Of a DNA stretch of 13,420 nucleotides, positions 1 through 7,487 are shown piece after piece. Where the stretch lies: IMG/VR virus record IMGVR_UViG_2913177423_000002; one strand, written 5' to 3'. Each line of letters starts with the position of its first letter. Position 1 is the stretch's first letter. The position numbers and the translations under genes are program-made. This DNA comes from a virus. Taxonomy: Duplodnaviria; Heunggongvirae; Uroviricota; Caudoviricetes. The notes below the pieces were generated by a model. It ran no database searches. It saw only the letters and a program-made list of their open reading frames with translations, and was not told the DNA's origin.

Positions 1-278
1 TGATTTTGTGATCCACTACACGCAGCCGCTTACGCCCAGCAGAAACATCAGCACGTAGACTTTCGATAGTCGCGTTAGCATCAGCAAGTTCCTTTGTATA
101 TCTGGCATCGAGTTCAGCTACATCACGTTGACGCTTCTGCATATCAGAGATGATAGATGTGGCTTTATCGCGCTGGTCTTTGTAGGCGATGGCGTTATCA
201 CGGTAATGATTAACAGCCCATGACAGGCAGACGATGATGCAGATAACCAGAGCGGAGATAATCGCGGTTAACCGACTC
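1..278 (-). CDS. Rz: i-spanin Rz, N-terminal part (ORF runs off the window start)
   Basis: ATG at 278-276; translation [39 protein letters not shown]... gives a short N-terminus, one transmembrane segment, then a charged coiled-coil-like region. Lies directly downstream of the endolysin. Resembles lambda Rz from memory. Confidence 0.8.
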
Positions 279-368
279 ATGACATCAACACCCCAACGGC
301 CAGAAACCACGGCCACGCATCGTTGCCATTAAATGCGAGCAACGCTGCCATGAAAAAGCAAATCATGC

Positions 369-866
369 TCATTGCTGCCCCCACAAACAGACTTCACGCT
401 CAATCTCACGACGAGTCATCAGCCCTTTCCATTGCTTACCGCCAGCGTATGTCCAGCGACGTAGCTGGTCACATGCGCCTTTGATATCGCCCTGGTTTAT
501 TTTGTGAAGAAGCGTCGATGTTCTGAAATTGCCAGCACCCACGTTGTAGACGAACGAGTAAAGAGCGCCGCGCGTTGTTTCCGGTATATCGACTTTGATG
601 TACGGGTTAATTTGTCTGGCGACCGTGGCAAGGTCTTTATTCAGGAGGGCTTTGCATTCTGCTTCGGTATACGTTTTACCGGGAATGATGTCTTTTCCTG
701 TATGCCCGTAACATACAGTCCATACACCAACTATGTCTTTGTAAGGATTATGTCTCACACCTTCCAGACCATCGTCACCACTCGGACCAGTGATGAGCAC
801 AGACGCTATGGCAACAGCCCCACCACCAATAGCAGCTGCAACAGCCTTGCGTAATGATGGCGACAT
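369..866 (-). CDS. R: SAR endolysin (phage lysozyme R, phage-21 type)
   Basis: 165 aa ORF from track. N-terminal Gly/Ala-rich hydrophobic signal-anchor-release segment ([20 protein letters not shown]) followed by a lysozyme-like domain. Its ATG overlaps the holin stop (ATGA at 864-868). Confidence 0.9.
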   Translation of the reverse strand: MSPSLRKAVAAAIGGGAVAIASVLITGPSGDDGLEGVRHNPYKDIVGVWTVCYGHTGKDIIPGKTYTEAECKALLNKDLATVARQINPYIKVDIPETTRGALYSFVYNVGAGNFRTSTLLHKINQGDIKGACDQLRRWTYAGGKQWKGLMTRREIEREVCLWGQQ

Positions 867-1081
867 TATTCACCTCTCGCAGCCTTACGCTTATCTTCTT
901 TAATCTTGAAATAAAGGTTTGTCAGGTACGTCAGCAGGCCAAATACCAGACTACCCAGCACACCTATTGCCGCCCACTGTGATGGCGTGACTTTATCGAG
1001 CAACTGTAAAAACCAGTAGCCAGCACTGCCTGCAGAGGTGCCATAGGCGACACCTGTTGTTAACTTATCCATTGATTTCAT
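866..1081 (-). CDS. S: Class II pinholin S (S21-like) with dual start motif
   Basis: 71 aa, begins MKSMDK (Met1 and Met4, the antiholin/holin dual-start arrangement), two hydrophobic segments, charged C-terminus. RBS-like GAGGAT upstream. Closely resembles phage 21 S as I recall it. Confidence 0.9.
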
Positions 1082-1302
1082 ATCCTCACCCCGATGTACA
1101 CGGATGGTGCAATATGTTTGAAAAGATCGGAGTCTACGGGTTAGTTTTTACAGCAAACGTTGTTCTCAACGACGCTCAAAAAACAGAAAATAAAAATAAT
1201 GTGGTTAAATATTTTAAAAGAAAAACCATCTATTAAATAATAATGCGGGATATATTTTTCTATTTAGTGTAATGTATACGGCCATTTATACAGGAAAAGC
1301 CT

Positions 1303-1473
1303 ATGTCAGAACGTAAAGACTCAAAATCACGCCGTAATTATCTCGTAAAATGTTCCTGCCCAAACTGTACCCAAGAATCAGAACACAGTTTTTCTAGAGT
1401 ACAAAAAGGTGCCCTTTTGATCTGCCCTCATTGCAACAAAGTATTCCAAACAAATCTTAAAGCTGTTGCCTGA
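1303..1473 (+). CDS. Small putative zinc-ribbon protein (56 aa), opposite strand to the late genes
   Basis: ATG at 1303 preceded by AGGAAAAG; translation MSERKDSKSRRNYLVKCSCPNCTQESEHSFSRVQKGALLICPHCNKVFQTNLKAVA has two CxxC pairs (CPNC, CPHC). Below the size cut-off of the ORF track. A hairpin terminator follows. Confidence 0.45.
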   Translation: MSERKDSKSRRNYLVKCSCPNCTQESEHSFSRVQKGALLICPHCNKVFQTNLKAVA

Positions 1474-1532
1474 GTGTTTTGATTACTTACAAAGAGTTTT
1501 TATATTTTAATAATATATTTAAATCAGATAAT

Positions 1533-1556
1533 AAAAAACCCGCCTGCGCGGGTTTG
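1533..1556. terminator. Bidirectional rho-independent terminator (after cspB-like gene on minus, after zinc-ribbon ORF on plus)
   Basis: Stem cccgc/gcggg (1539-1552) flanked by an A-run (1533-1538) and T-run; read on the minus strand the hairpin is followed by six T. Confidence 0.6.
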
Positions 1557-1754
1557 AGATTGTGGTGCTTTTTGTGGTAGTTACCCACTTACGCACTTTG
1601 TATTGCTATGCCAGCAGTTAGCTTCTACTGTAAAACTATTCATGCAGCAAACCTGCACTTCACCACAAAATGGGATTCAATACCCACAACTCTATCTGCA
1701 TCTCTACTCAGGCATCAGCCTTCTTCGTTATCGTATACAGACAAGCTATGAATT

Positions 1755-1970
1755 TTAATCAGTAATAATGACATTTGCTGCTGCAGGACCTTTAGCACCA
1801 CTCTCTACAGAGAAGGTAACCTTTTGGCCTTCAAATAAGGTTCGATAATTATCATTCTGAATTGCAGAAAAATGCACAAACACATCTTTACTACCATCAA
1901 CAGGAGAAATAAAGCCAAAACCTTTATCAGCGTTAAACCATTTTACTAAACCAGTCATTTTATTTGACAT
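1755..1970 (-). CDS. cspB: Cold-shock protein, CspA family (CspB-like)
   Basis: 71 aa [38 protein letters not shown]...; RNP1 motif KGFGFI and RNP2-like VFVHF of the cold-shock domain. Confidence 0.93.
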   Translation of the reverse strand: MSNKMTGLVKWFNADKGFGFISPVDGSKDVFVHFSAIQNDNYRTLFEGQKVTFSVESGAKGPAAANVIITD

Positions 1971-2165
1971 TCTACATTCCTTAACTTGAGCCTTTCGGCA
2001 TAAATGATTTGTATAACAGAAACGACTTCGTACTTAATTGGAGAGACTCAAAGAAGGAATAAGTGAATAACACCTGAAATGAGAACTGCTTTAGTAAACT
2101 ACTTCGTATATCGTCTGTTCTTCAAACCGACGCAGCCATTAACGCATAGTTGTACACTTGGAAGC
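1971..2165 (-). promoter_or_regulatory. cspA-type promoter and long 5' UTR with cold-box-like element for the cspB-like gene
   Basis: About 155 nt between putative start and ATG. Minus strand reads GTTAAT...GGTTTGAAGAACAGACG (compare cspA CTTAAT...ACGGTTTGACGTACAGAC from memory) and contains GCCGAAAGGC near the start codon as in the cspA leader. Confidence 0.5.
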
Positions 2166-2212
2166 AATGTTTATTTTAGACATCCAGCCACCTCCCCATT
2201 TAAAACACAAAA

Positions 2213-2235
2213 ACCCGCTCATTAGCGGGTTTTCT
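2213..2235. terminator. Rho-independent terminator downstream of Q (tR'-like), hairpin usable on both strands
   Basis: Stem cccgct/agcggg (2213-2229) with T-runs on both sides; on the minus strand it lies about 40 nt after the predicted late transcript start. Confidence 0.65.
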
Positions 2236-2263
2236 ACTTTTTCTCAACACCGGACATACAAAG

Positions 2264-2307
2264 CCCATCGTTGAGAAAATCCTATCCATATTTTTTGAAA
2301 AATGCAA
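2264..2307 (-). promoter_or_regulatory. PR'-like late promoter with qut-like initial transcribed region
   Basis: Minus strand: -35 TTGCAT (2307-2302), 17 bp spacer, -10 TAGGAT (2284-2279), then TTTCTCAACGATGGG, which matches the lambda PR' start region ACTCAACGATGGG (recalled). Sits between the Q stop and the terminator. Confidence 0.55.
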
Positions 2308-2338
2308 GCATCATGTCGATATCTTCGGCGAAAATTAT

Positions 2339-3091
2339 TTATCTTGTCACCTTTCTCAACTGTGCTTCTGCATATGCTTCTTCCTGCCAGCACTTTGTAA
2401 CCAGTTTATCAATAACATCAGCATACCCCTTGTACCACTGATAATCCGTCAGGTCCGGTACCAGTTTCTGGACATGATGCCGCGCCAGTGTGGTTGGTAA
2501 ACGGCTAAACCGGTTTCCATTGCAACGCCCACAAATCTTATAAACAGGCGTGCCATGAAGCCGGGTCCTTTTTTCATCCAGGACAATACCTTTACCCTTA
2601 CACCCTCTGCACGCTGTGCTGACTTCTCCCTTACCATGACAATGCTGACATAGTTCCTTCACCCACTCTTCCTTGATAACGGATTCCCCGCTTCTGGAAT
2701 GTTTCACCACTTCGCGCAATACATTATGAAATCCCGTACCAGCACAATGCTCACAGCGAGCCTTACTTGCCGCAGACCTGGAATAATCAGCAAAGGCAAA
2801 ATTCACGAGGTAAGGAATAATCTGTAACCGTGTTTCTGCACTCAATTTATTCAATGTCGGGTTATCCAGTGCCATCGCGTAATTGAGCAGACCTTCAATC
2901 GCAAACTGAGGGTCCTGAACACCAACTTTTGCCAGGAATAAGGCAAACCCAAGCGGTGCTTTCGACTGCACCATCCCCTGCGCAGCCATCACATCCGTAA
3001 TTGATAAACCACCTGAGTCTGTCGCCGGTGCGTCATCGCTCAATTTTGGAGATTTTGGGGAGTAATATTTTGGTAAGGCCTCAAGATTCAT
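2339..3091 (-). CDS. quuQ: Late antiterminator Q (QuuQ/YdfT-like, 250 aa) with four CxxC motifs
   Basis: Track ORF 2339-3121 begins at TTG; the ATG at 3091 has a GGAGAG RBS and gives MNLEALPKYY... Position just upstream of the late promoter and lysis genes; CEHCAGTG, CQHCHGKG, CRGCKGKG and CGRCNG motifs. Matches my recollection of K-12 Qin QuuQ. Confidence 0.85.
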   Translation of the reverse strand: MNLEALPKYYSPKSPKLSDDAPATDSGGLSITDVMAAQGMVQSKAPLGFALFLAKVGVQDPQFAIEGLLNYAMALDNPTLNKLSAETRLQIIPYLVNFAFADYSRSAASKARCEHCAGTGFHNVLREVVKHSRSGESVIKEEWVKELCQHCHGKGEVSTACRGCKGKGIVLDEKRTRLHGTPVYKICGRCNGNRFSRLPTTLARHHVQKLVPDLTDYQWYKGYADVIDKLVTKCWQEEAYAEAQLRKVTR

Positions 3092-3307
3092 TCTCGCTCT
3101 CCATTTACACCAGCACGCCAATTGGCAGCAAAAAACAATAAAACGGCATCAACCGATCGTTATCTCTGGCTTCATACAATTGTCTCTGCCAGTGTTTTGG
3201 CGTAATTCTTCAGTATCCGGTAATCGGTCAAAACAGAACCGGGAAACGATATAAGCGCAGGCGCCCCCAGCGGTAGCGAAGGAGTTCTGCCATATATGAC
3301 TCACACA

Positions 3308-3670
3308 TCATTCATCCCCCAGTTCGGTGATGATCAGTTCCAGCTTTCCACCCTTGGTAACGGGCATTTTCACAACGCGATAATCAACGACCTGAGCATC
3401 ATCCAGCCAGAAACCTGCTTTGGTGAGTGCGTCAAAAGCTGCTTTTTGCAGATTATCCAGGTCACGGCGACGGCGATCCGGCATGTGGCACTCAATACGG
3501 ATTTTCACTGGCATAGCCAGACCGATATCCAGCATGGAGCCTTTGATGATTCGGGCGACGTTATCGCGGTATACCTGCCCCTCTGCGCTGATGTGCGTGC
3601 GCCCGCGATTATGGCGGTAGTAGCGGTTATTGCTCGGCGGCCAGGGTAGTGTGATGTAGTAAGTATTCAC
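3308..3670 (-). CDS. rusA: Holliday junction resolvase RusA
   Basis: GTG start at 3670 overlapping the upstream stop (GTGA); translation ...[36 protein letters not shown]...[21 protein letters not shown]... is the RusA family signature. The track ORF extends further upstream in frame but that part overlaps ybcO. Confidence 0.9.
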   Translation of the reverse strand: MNTYYITLPWPPSNNRYYRHNRGRTHISAEGQVYRDNVARIIKGSMLDIGLAMPVKIRIECHMPDRRRRDLDNLQKAAFDALTKAGFWLDDAQVVDYRVVKMPVTKGGKLELIITELGDE

Positions 3671-3957
3671 GCCTTGATTACCCCCTCTTTCAGCCAGATA
3701 ACCTGCGTTCTCGCCATATCTTCCAGCGCGCATTCTTTTGCATACTCAGCATCGACAAAATGTGTGCGGCGGTCGATTTCGTCGTGACAGGCAGAACATG
3801 CAATGGTGGCAATCAGGTCTGGCGGTTTGATACCGGTACCGCACAATCCAGCCAGCCGGATATGTGCCAGTACAGACGTTTCAGGATTGCCATTACATAC
3901 GCCAGGGATTCTTACCTGGCATTCCCGACCACGCGCTGCTTTTCTCAAATCAGCCAT
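3667..3957 (-). CDS. ybcO: YbcO-like Cys-rich protein (putative nuclease, DLP12 nin-region family)
   Basis: ATG at 3957 with AGGAGG RBS; [42 protein letters not shown]... 96 aa; start overlaps the ninE stop. Confidence 0.85.
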   Translation of the reverse strand: MADLRKAARGRECQVRIPGVCNGNPETSVLAHIRLAGLCGTGIKPPDLIATIACSACHDEIDRRTHFVDAEYAKECALEDMARTQVIWLKEGVIKA

Positions 3958-4120
3958 GATTCCTCCTTGCTGCCAGTCGCAACCATTTTTTATCAACCAG
4001 GCTGGCGGTATATCCGAGCAGTGTTGGTATTTCGGATGGTTTCAGCTCAGGCTTACGCTTACGACGATTTGGTACTCTGTAGATGTGTCCGCTCATGACA
4101 CGAATAAGCGGTGTAGCCAT
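3950..4120 (-). CDS. ninE: NinE-like small protein (56 aa)
   Basis: Not in ORF track (short). ATG at 4120 overlaps the ybcN stop (TAATG); translation [56 protein letters not shown]; its stop overlaps the ybcO start. Confidence 0.8.
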   Translation of the reverse strand: MATPLIRVMSGHIYRVPNRRKRKPELKPSEIPTLLGYTASLVDKKWLRLAARRNHG

Positions 4121-4575
4121 TACGCCTCCTGCTTGTCGCGCAGCAGCTGGAACTCGCAGCTCTGCGGAATAGTCAGGTGGCAGCCAATATTCATCGCCCA
4201 GGCTTCAACCTTACACAGGAAGACATACATCTCTCCGGTATCAAGATCGGAGGTATGGCGTAACGACTGGATCGTAGTGATTTCGCCGGTTACGACATCA
4301 ACCAGGTCCTTGGTTTCATAACCGAGGTATGTGTGTTTGAGTGCATCTTTTACCCATACTGCAGTAGCGAACGTTTTACCCCTGCTGATGAGGTACTCAC
4401 TGATTTCGCTGTACCACATGTGGCTGAGTGCATTCTGGGAAAGACTGCGTCTCTCGCGCCACGGTTTAAGCACCATGCGAAAGCATTTGCCATCCTCCAG
4501 ATAAGGCTGGATCTGCTGACCGATAGCGGTGAAGTTGCCGCGATGTAATTTGATGCCGTCTTGTGGGAGGTTCAC
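4120..4575 (-). CDS. ybcN: YbcN-like protein (DLP12 nin-region family)
   Basis: 151 aa ORF, GTG start at 4575 with GGAGGTGA RBS; first gene of the coupled ybcN-ninE-ybcO-rusA block. Confidence 0.85.
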   Translation of the reverse strand: MNLPQDGIKLHRGNFTAIGQQIQPYLEDGKCFRMVLKPWRERRSLSQNALSHMWYSEISEYLISRGKTFATAVWVKDALKHTYLGYETKDLVDVVTGEITTIQSLRHTSDLDTGEMYVFLCKVEAWAMNIGCHLTIPQSCEFQLLRDKQEA

Positions 4576-5086
4576 GCTTCACCTCCGCAGAGGTCAAACG
4601 TTGGATGCAAAAAATCGCAGGTGCATTTCTGCATCTGTGAAGGGAGAAGAGAGTTTAGATTGTGTGTGCGCATAAACGTCCCCGTTTAGCGCAGAAGTCA
4701 CCGGAGGTGTTCAGGCTCCGATGACATGATTATGGCGAGTTGATTATGGAAAATCAATTGAAGATGAAATTCAACAATGCCCCATGGTGCTATGGCGCTC
4801 AATTAATTATATAACTTCAGAGAAAACTGATAACCCATTGATGATGACATTAGCTCAGACTAAGAAGACTGACAACGGGGACGAACATGAACAGCAACGC
4901 CTGACATAGGTAAATCTCAAAAGCGAATCATATAATCCTTACCCCATCACTCAGAGACATCGCATAATAACATTCATACCACTATATAACCTCCAAATAA
5001 CAACAACAATTCATTGGTTGCATTAATATCAGCGTGTTCCGTTGTTCAGGAATAAAACTTTTTATTTAACAAACAAAGAGAGTTCA

Positions 5087-5764
5087 ATGATGAGCAAAAT
5101 TACAGGCGTGTTAGTTGATAGCCATATCTATGATATTAAAAATGATATGGAGAGTGGTTACTGTTTCCCTAACAGTTTGTTCCCAGGAGCAACCTTCAAG
5201 ATGGTCATTGATAATGACCCTATTAATAATGACAAGGTAAAATGGACCTGTAGCACTAATGCAGACAATAATGTTCTGGCGGTTAGCCAGGATGGCACAG
5301 TAACTTTTCCGGGCGTAGATGAAAAGTGCGTTGGGAAGATTTTTGTCATTTTCGCCACTGATAAATCAACAAACAAATCTGCCGGCATCTATGTTTTTAT
5401 TGTGAAGCGTTTTTTCAAATACAGCATTGAACTTTATAACTCAGTTAAAGATATTTTACCGTGGATTGAAAACATGAACGGGAATTTTCCTGAGGCACGT
5501 GACATCTATAGTTACGATTATGATAACTATAGTGGACCGCATATTATCAATCGAGAAGTTAACGCAGGGCTTTACCAGGAATGGGGCACGTTATCTAATA
5601 GTGGATGGGACGCAAGTTGTGAGCTTGAGGGTATTTGTAGCATTTACGCTTTTGATAAAGACAATAATACTTATTATTGCCTGCGTGATTATGGAGAAAT
5701 AGAGTGTATTGATCGTTTTTGCGTCGCTCAGGCAGTTGCATCCTACGGAGAATCCATCGACTGA
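5087..5764 (+). CDS. Orphan hypothetical protein (about 226 aa) in an AT-rich island; possible Ig-like N-terminal region plus Cys-containing C-terminal domain
   Basis: Track ORF 5042-5764 starts at TTG; ATGATG at 5087 with AAAGAGAG RBS is the likely start. Opposite strand to all neighbours, AT-rich codon usage, own terminator downstream. Segment KVKWTCSTNADNNVLAVSQDGTVTFPGV...GKIFVIFAT resembles bacterial Ig-like (Big_2-type) domains (weak, from pattern only). Confidence 0.6.
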   Translation: MMSKITGVLVDSHIYDIKNDMESGYCFPNSLFPGATFKMVIDNDPINNDKVKWTCSTNADNNVLAVSQDGTVTFPGVDEKCVGKIFVIFATDKSTNKSAGIYVFIVKRFFKYSIELYNSVKDILPWIENMNGNFPEARDIYSYDYDNYSGPHIINREVNAGLYQEWGTLSNSGWDASCELEGICSIYAFDKDNNTYYCLRDYGEIECIDRFCVAQAVASYGESID

Positions 5765-5840
5765 TTGTGTTTTTTTCAACTATCATTTGCATTATTACAG
5801 CGTAAAGATTCACTGAAATTATAAAATTTAACTTGCGCAA

Positions 5841-5872
5841 AACCACCCGTTCAGCGGGTGGTTCTCATTTTT
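5841..5872 (+). terminator. Rho-independent terminator of the island gene
   Basis: Perfect 9 bp stem aaccacccg/cgggtggtt (5841-5863) with 5 nt loop, followed by a T-run 5868-5872. Confidence 0.7.
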
Positions 5873-6044
5873 ATCCACTATGTATATGAAGCTTAAAAAA
5901 AATAAACGGACTTAAGCGCTCCTTTTTATATTGCTACAAACAATTAATTCTCGACACCTAATAACTAAAGCCCCGCCCCCATATACCGCCAATACCCGTT
6001 TCATAACAAAATGCTGGTGACATTTCTCACCGGAAACTTTATTG

Positions 6045-6650
6045 CTACTGCTCAGAACGCAAATGCGGCAATACTCGGCTCCACTTATCATCCTGCCACG
6101 GCTGGAATCTTACATGTGCCGTTTCTCTGGCAAGGATTTCGCGCGCCTTATGTAGTATCTGGGGATATTCTTGCTCAATAGAAGTAAAGCGACCGGCTTC
6201 GCGATGCTCCGCAACCTGAAGAAGTGGAGTAACATTCTGGCAGGCGGTTAACATCACATCCCCTGCTCGCCATAACCAGGCGAGTGTGCAAAGTTCGTTA
6301 TCAGTGAATTGTTTTGTGATTGGGGATTGTTGAACTTCTCGATCGAGAATATCCAGAACCCAGCGGCGGAATTCTTTGGCTACAGGAGTGCGGGCGAACA
6401 TAGCGATCAAATGGGCACCACGGAGGGAGAAAATGCGTATTGTTTTCTGGTAGTTCCCTGAGACACTCAAATTGAGGGTCTCAGTCATATCTGCCCTAAA
6501 TTCATCGGAATTTCGATCGTAGATCTGAGTTACGGCATCAGATTTTTTATATCCGAGAGCTTGAGCAATCTCAACGGCAGTAAGCCAGATACTGTTGTTG
6601 TGTTTAACAGGATGGAATTTTGTTTGATGAAAGACTAGTTGTGTGCTCAT
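6045..6650 (-). CDS. Bro-N/KilA-N-like domain protein (antirepressor/Roi-like)
   Basis: 201 aa; N-terminal region LVFHQTKFHPVKHNNSIWLTAVEIAQALGYKKSDAV resembles the Bro-N DNA-binding domain pattern. Family assignment from pattern memory only. Confidence 0.6.
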   Translation of the reverse strand: MSTQLVFHQTKFHPVKHNNSIWLTAVEIAQALGYKKSDAVTQIYDRNSDEFRADMTETLNLSVSGNYQKTIRIFSLRGAHLIAMFARTPVAKEFRRWVLDILDREVQQSPITKQFTDNELCTLAWLWRAGDVMLTACQNVTPLLQVAEHREAGRFTSIEQEYPQILHKAREILARETAHVRFQPWQDDKWSRVLPHLRSEQ

Positions 6651-6807
6651 GATGATTACCTATAAATCAAGTTAACCACCACCGCTGACGCCAATCAGTT
6701 TGGTGGTGAGACATGTAGGGTTGGCGTAACCGGGGTAATCAACCGGCCCGACCGAAGTCGGCCCTACACGCCCCACCATAATTCAGATGTGCGTATGCTT
6801 ACGACAA

Positions 6808-6830
6808 TAAAAAACACGCTCGCGGCGTGT
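6808..6830 (-). terminator. Rho-independent terminator downstream of the ninB-like gene
   Basis: Stem acacgc/gcgtgt (6814-6830) with 5 nt loop; on the minus strand it is followed by TTTTTT (plus-strand A-run 6808-6813). Confidence 0.5.
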
Positions 6831-6925
6831 AGTAGTCGCGATTACCTTATCCGGGACGCCAATCCCGTGTGCCGATTTTGCGGCAACGCACAGAATATAG
6901 CGCCAGATATTAGTTATCGTCAACC

Positions 6926-7414
6926 TCACTGATTTCCTCCCCCCGCCGCATAAACAAATAAAACCCGCTTCATCGCGGCACTCTGGCGACACTCCTTGAA
7001 AATCAGATTCGTGCTCACCTTTCCTTCCCGTTCTTCCCTGGTAGCGAACCGGTAATACACCGTTCGCCAGACCTTACCATCAATGACTAAGATTCCTGCC
7101 CGCGCCATTTTAGCCGCAGCCTGATTTATGCTGGTTACTGTTGCGCCTGTTACCTCAGCAACGTCCTGCTGCTTTAATGCTGCTGTAAAAACGCACTTCC
7201 AGCTTTCTGCATCCAGCCAGCGACCATGCCATTCAACCTGACGAGAGACGTCACCAAGGCAAGCCCAAAGCTTTCGATTCTGGTCTAAGCTGCGGTTGCG
7301 TTCCTGAATGGTTACTACGATTGGTTTGGTTGGGTCTGGAAGGATTTGCTGTACTGCGTGAATAGCGTTTTGCTGATGTGCTGGAGATCGAATTTCAAAG
7401 GTTAGCTTTTTCAT
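6926..7414 (-). CDS. ninB: NinB (Orf) family recombination protein, N-terminal half conserved, C-terminal half divergent
   Basis: ATG at 7414 with GGGGGAGAGGGA RBS; MKKLTFEIRSPAHQQNAIHAVQQILPDPTKPIVVTIQERNRSLDQNRKLWACLGDVSRQVEWHGRWLDAESWKCVFTAALKQQDV matches lambda NinB as I recall it, then the sequence diverges. The track start at 7432 is a TTG inside the RBS. Confidence 0.7.
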   Translation of the reverse strand: MKKLTFEIRSPAHQQNAIHAVQQILPDPTKPIVVTIQERNRSLDQNRKLWACLGDVSRQVEWHGRWLDAESWKCVFTAALKQQDVAEVTGATVTSINQAAAKMARAGILVIDGKVWRTVYYRFATREEREGKVSTNLIFKECRQSAAMKRVLFVYAAGGGNQ

Positions 7415-7431
7415 GACTTCCCTCTCCCCCA

Positions 7432-7462
7432 AATAAAAAGGCCTGCGATTACCAGCAGACCT
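7432..7462 (-). terminator. Possible tR2-like terminator between helicase and ninB
   Basis: Imperfect hairpin aggcctgc/gcagacct (one mismatch) followed on the minus strand by TTTTTATTT. Confidence 0.35.
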
Positions 7463-7487
7463 GTTATTAGCTCAGTGATGTAGATGG

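Noticed and set aside
1-60. Rz1 (o-spanin) embedded in Rz
   Set aside because: The only in-window +1 frame ATG gives a 10-codon peptide; the embedded gene, if present, must start beyond the window edge.
504-854. 116 aa plus-strand ORF
   Set aside because: Lies entirely antisense within the well-supported endolysin gene, with no RBS or family signal.
1560-1754. 57-codon plus-strand ORF (ATG near 1601) in the long region downstream of the cold-shock gene
   Set aside because: No RBS and no family features; likely 3' UTR or spacer.
1082-2338. Toxin cargo (stx-like) or a second csp gene between Q and S
   Set aside because: No large ORFs beyond the cold-shock gene and the small zinc-ribbon ORF; no AB5 toxin-like reading frames.
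2449-2637. 62 aa minus-strand ORF
   Set aside because: Alternative frame inside the Q gene; no independent support.
3296-4548. Plus-strand ORFs 3296-3649, 3420-3620, 3760-4098, 3803-4321 and 4333-4548
   Set aside because: All are antisense to the tightly coupled ybcN-ninE-ybcO-rusA block; translations are low-complexity with no start signals.
5158-5846. ORFs 5158-5388 (-), 5499-5702 (+), 5591-5779 (-) and 5595-5846 (-)
   Set aside because: Overlap the island gene in other frames or strands; expected by chance in AT-rich sequence; no RBS.
6783-6992. 69 aa minus-strand ORF
   Set aside because: Overlaps the 3' end of the ninB-like gene in another frame and spans the predicted terminator.
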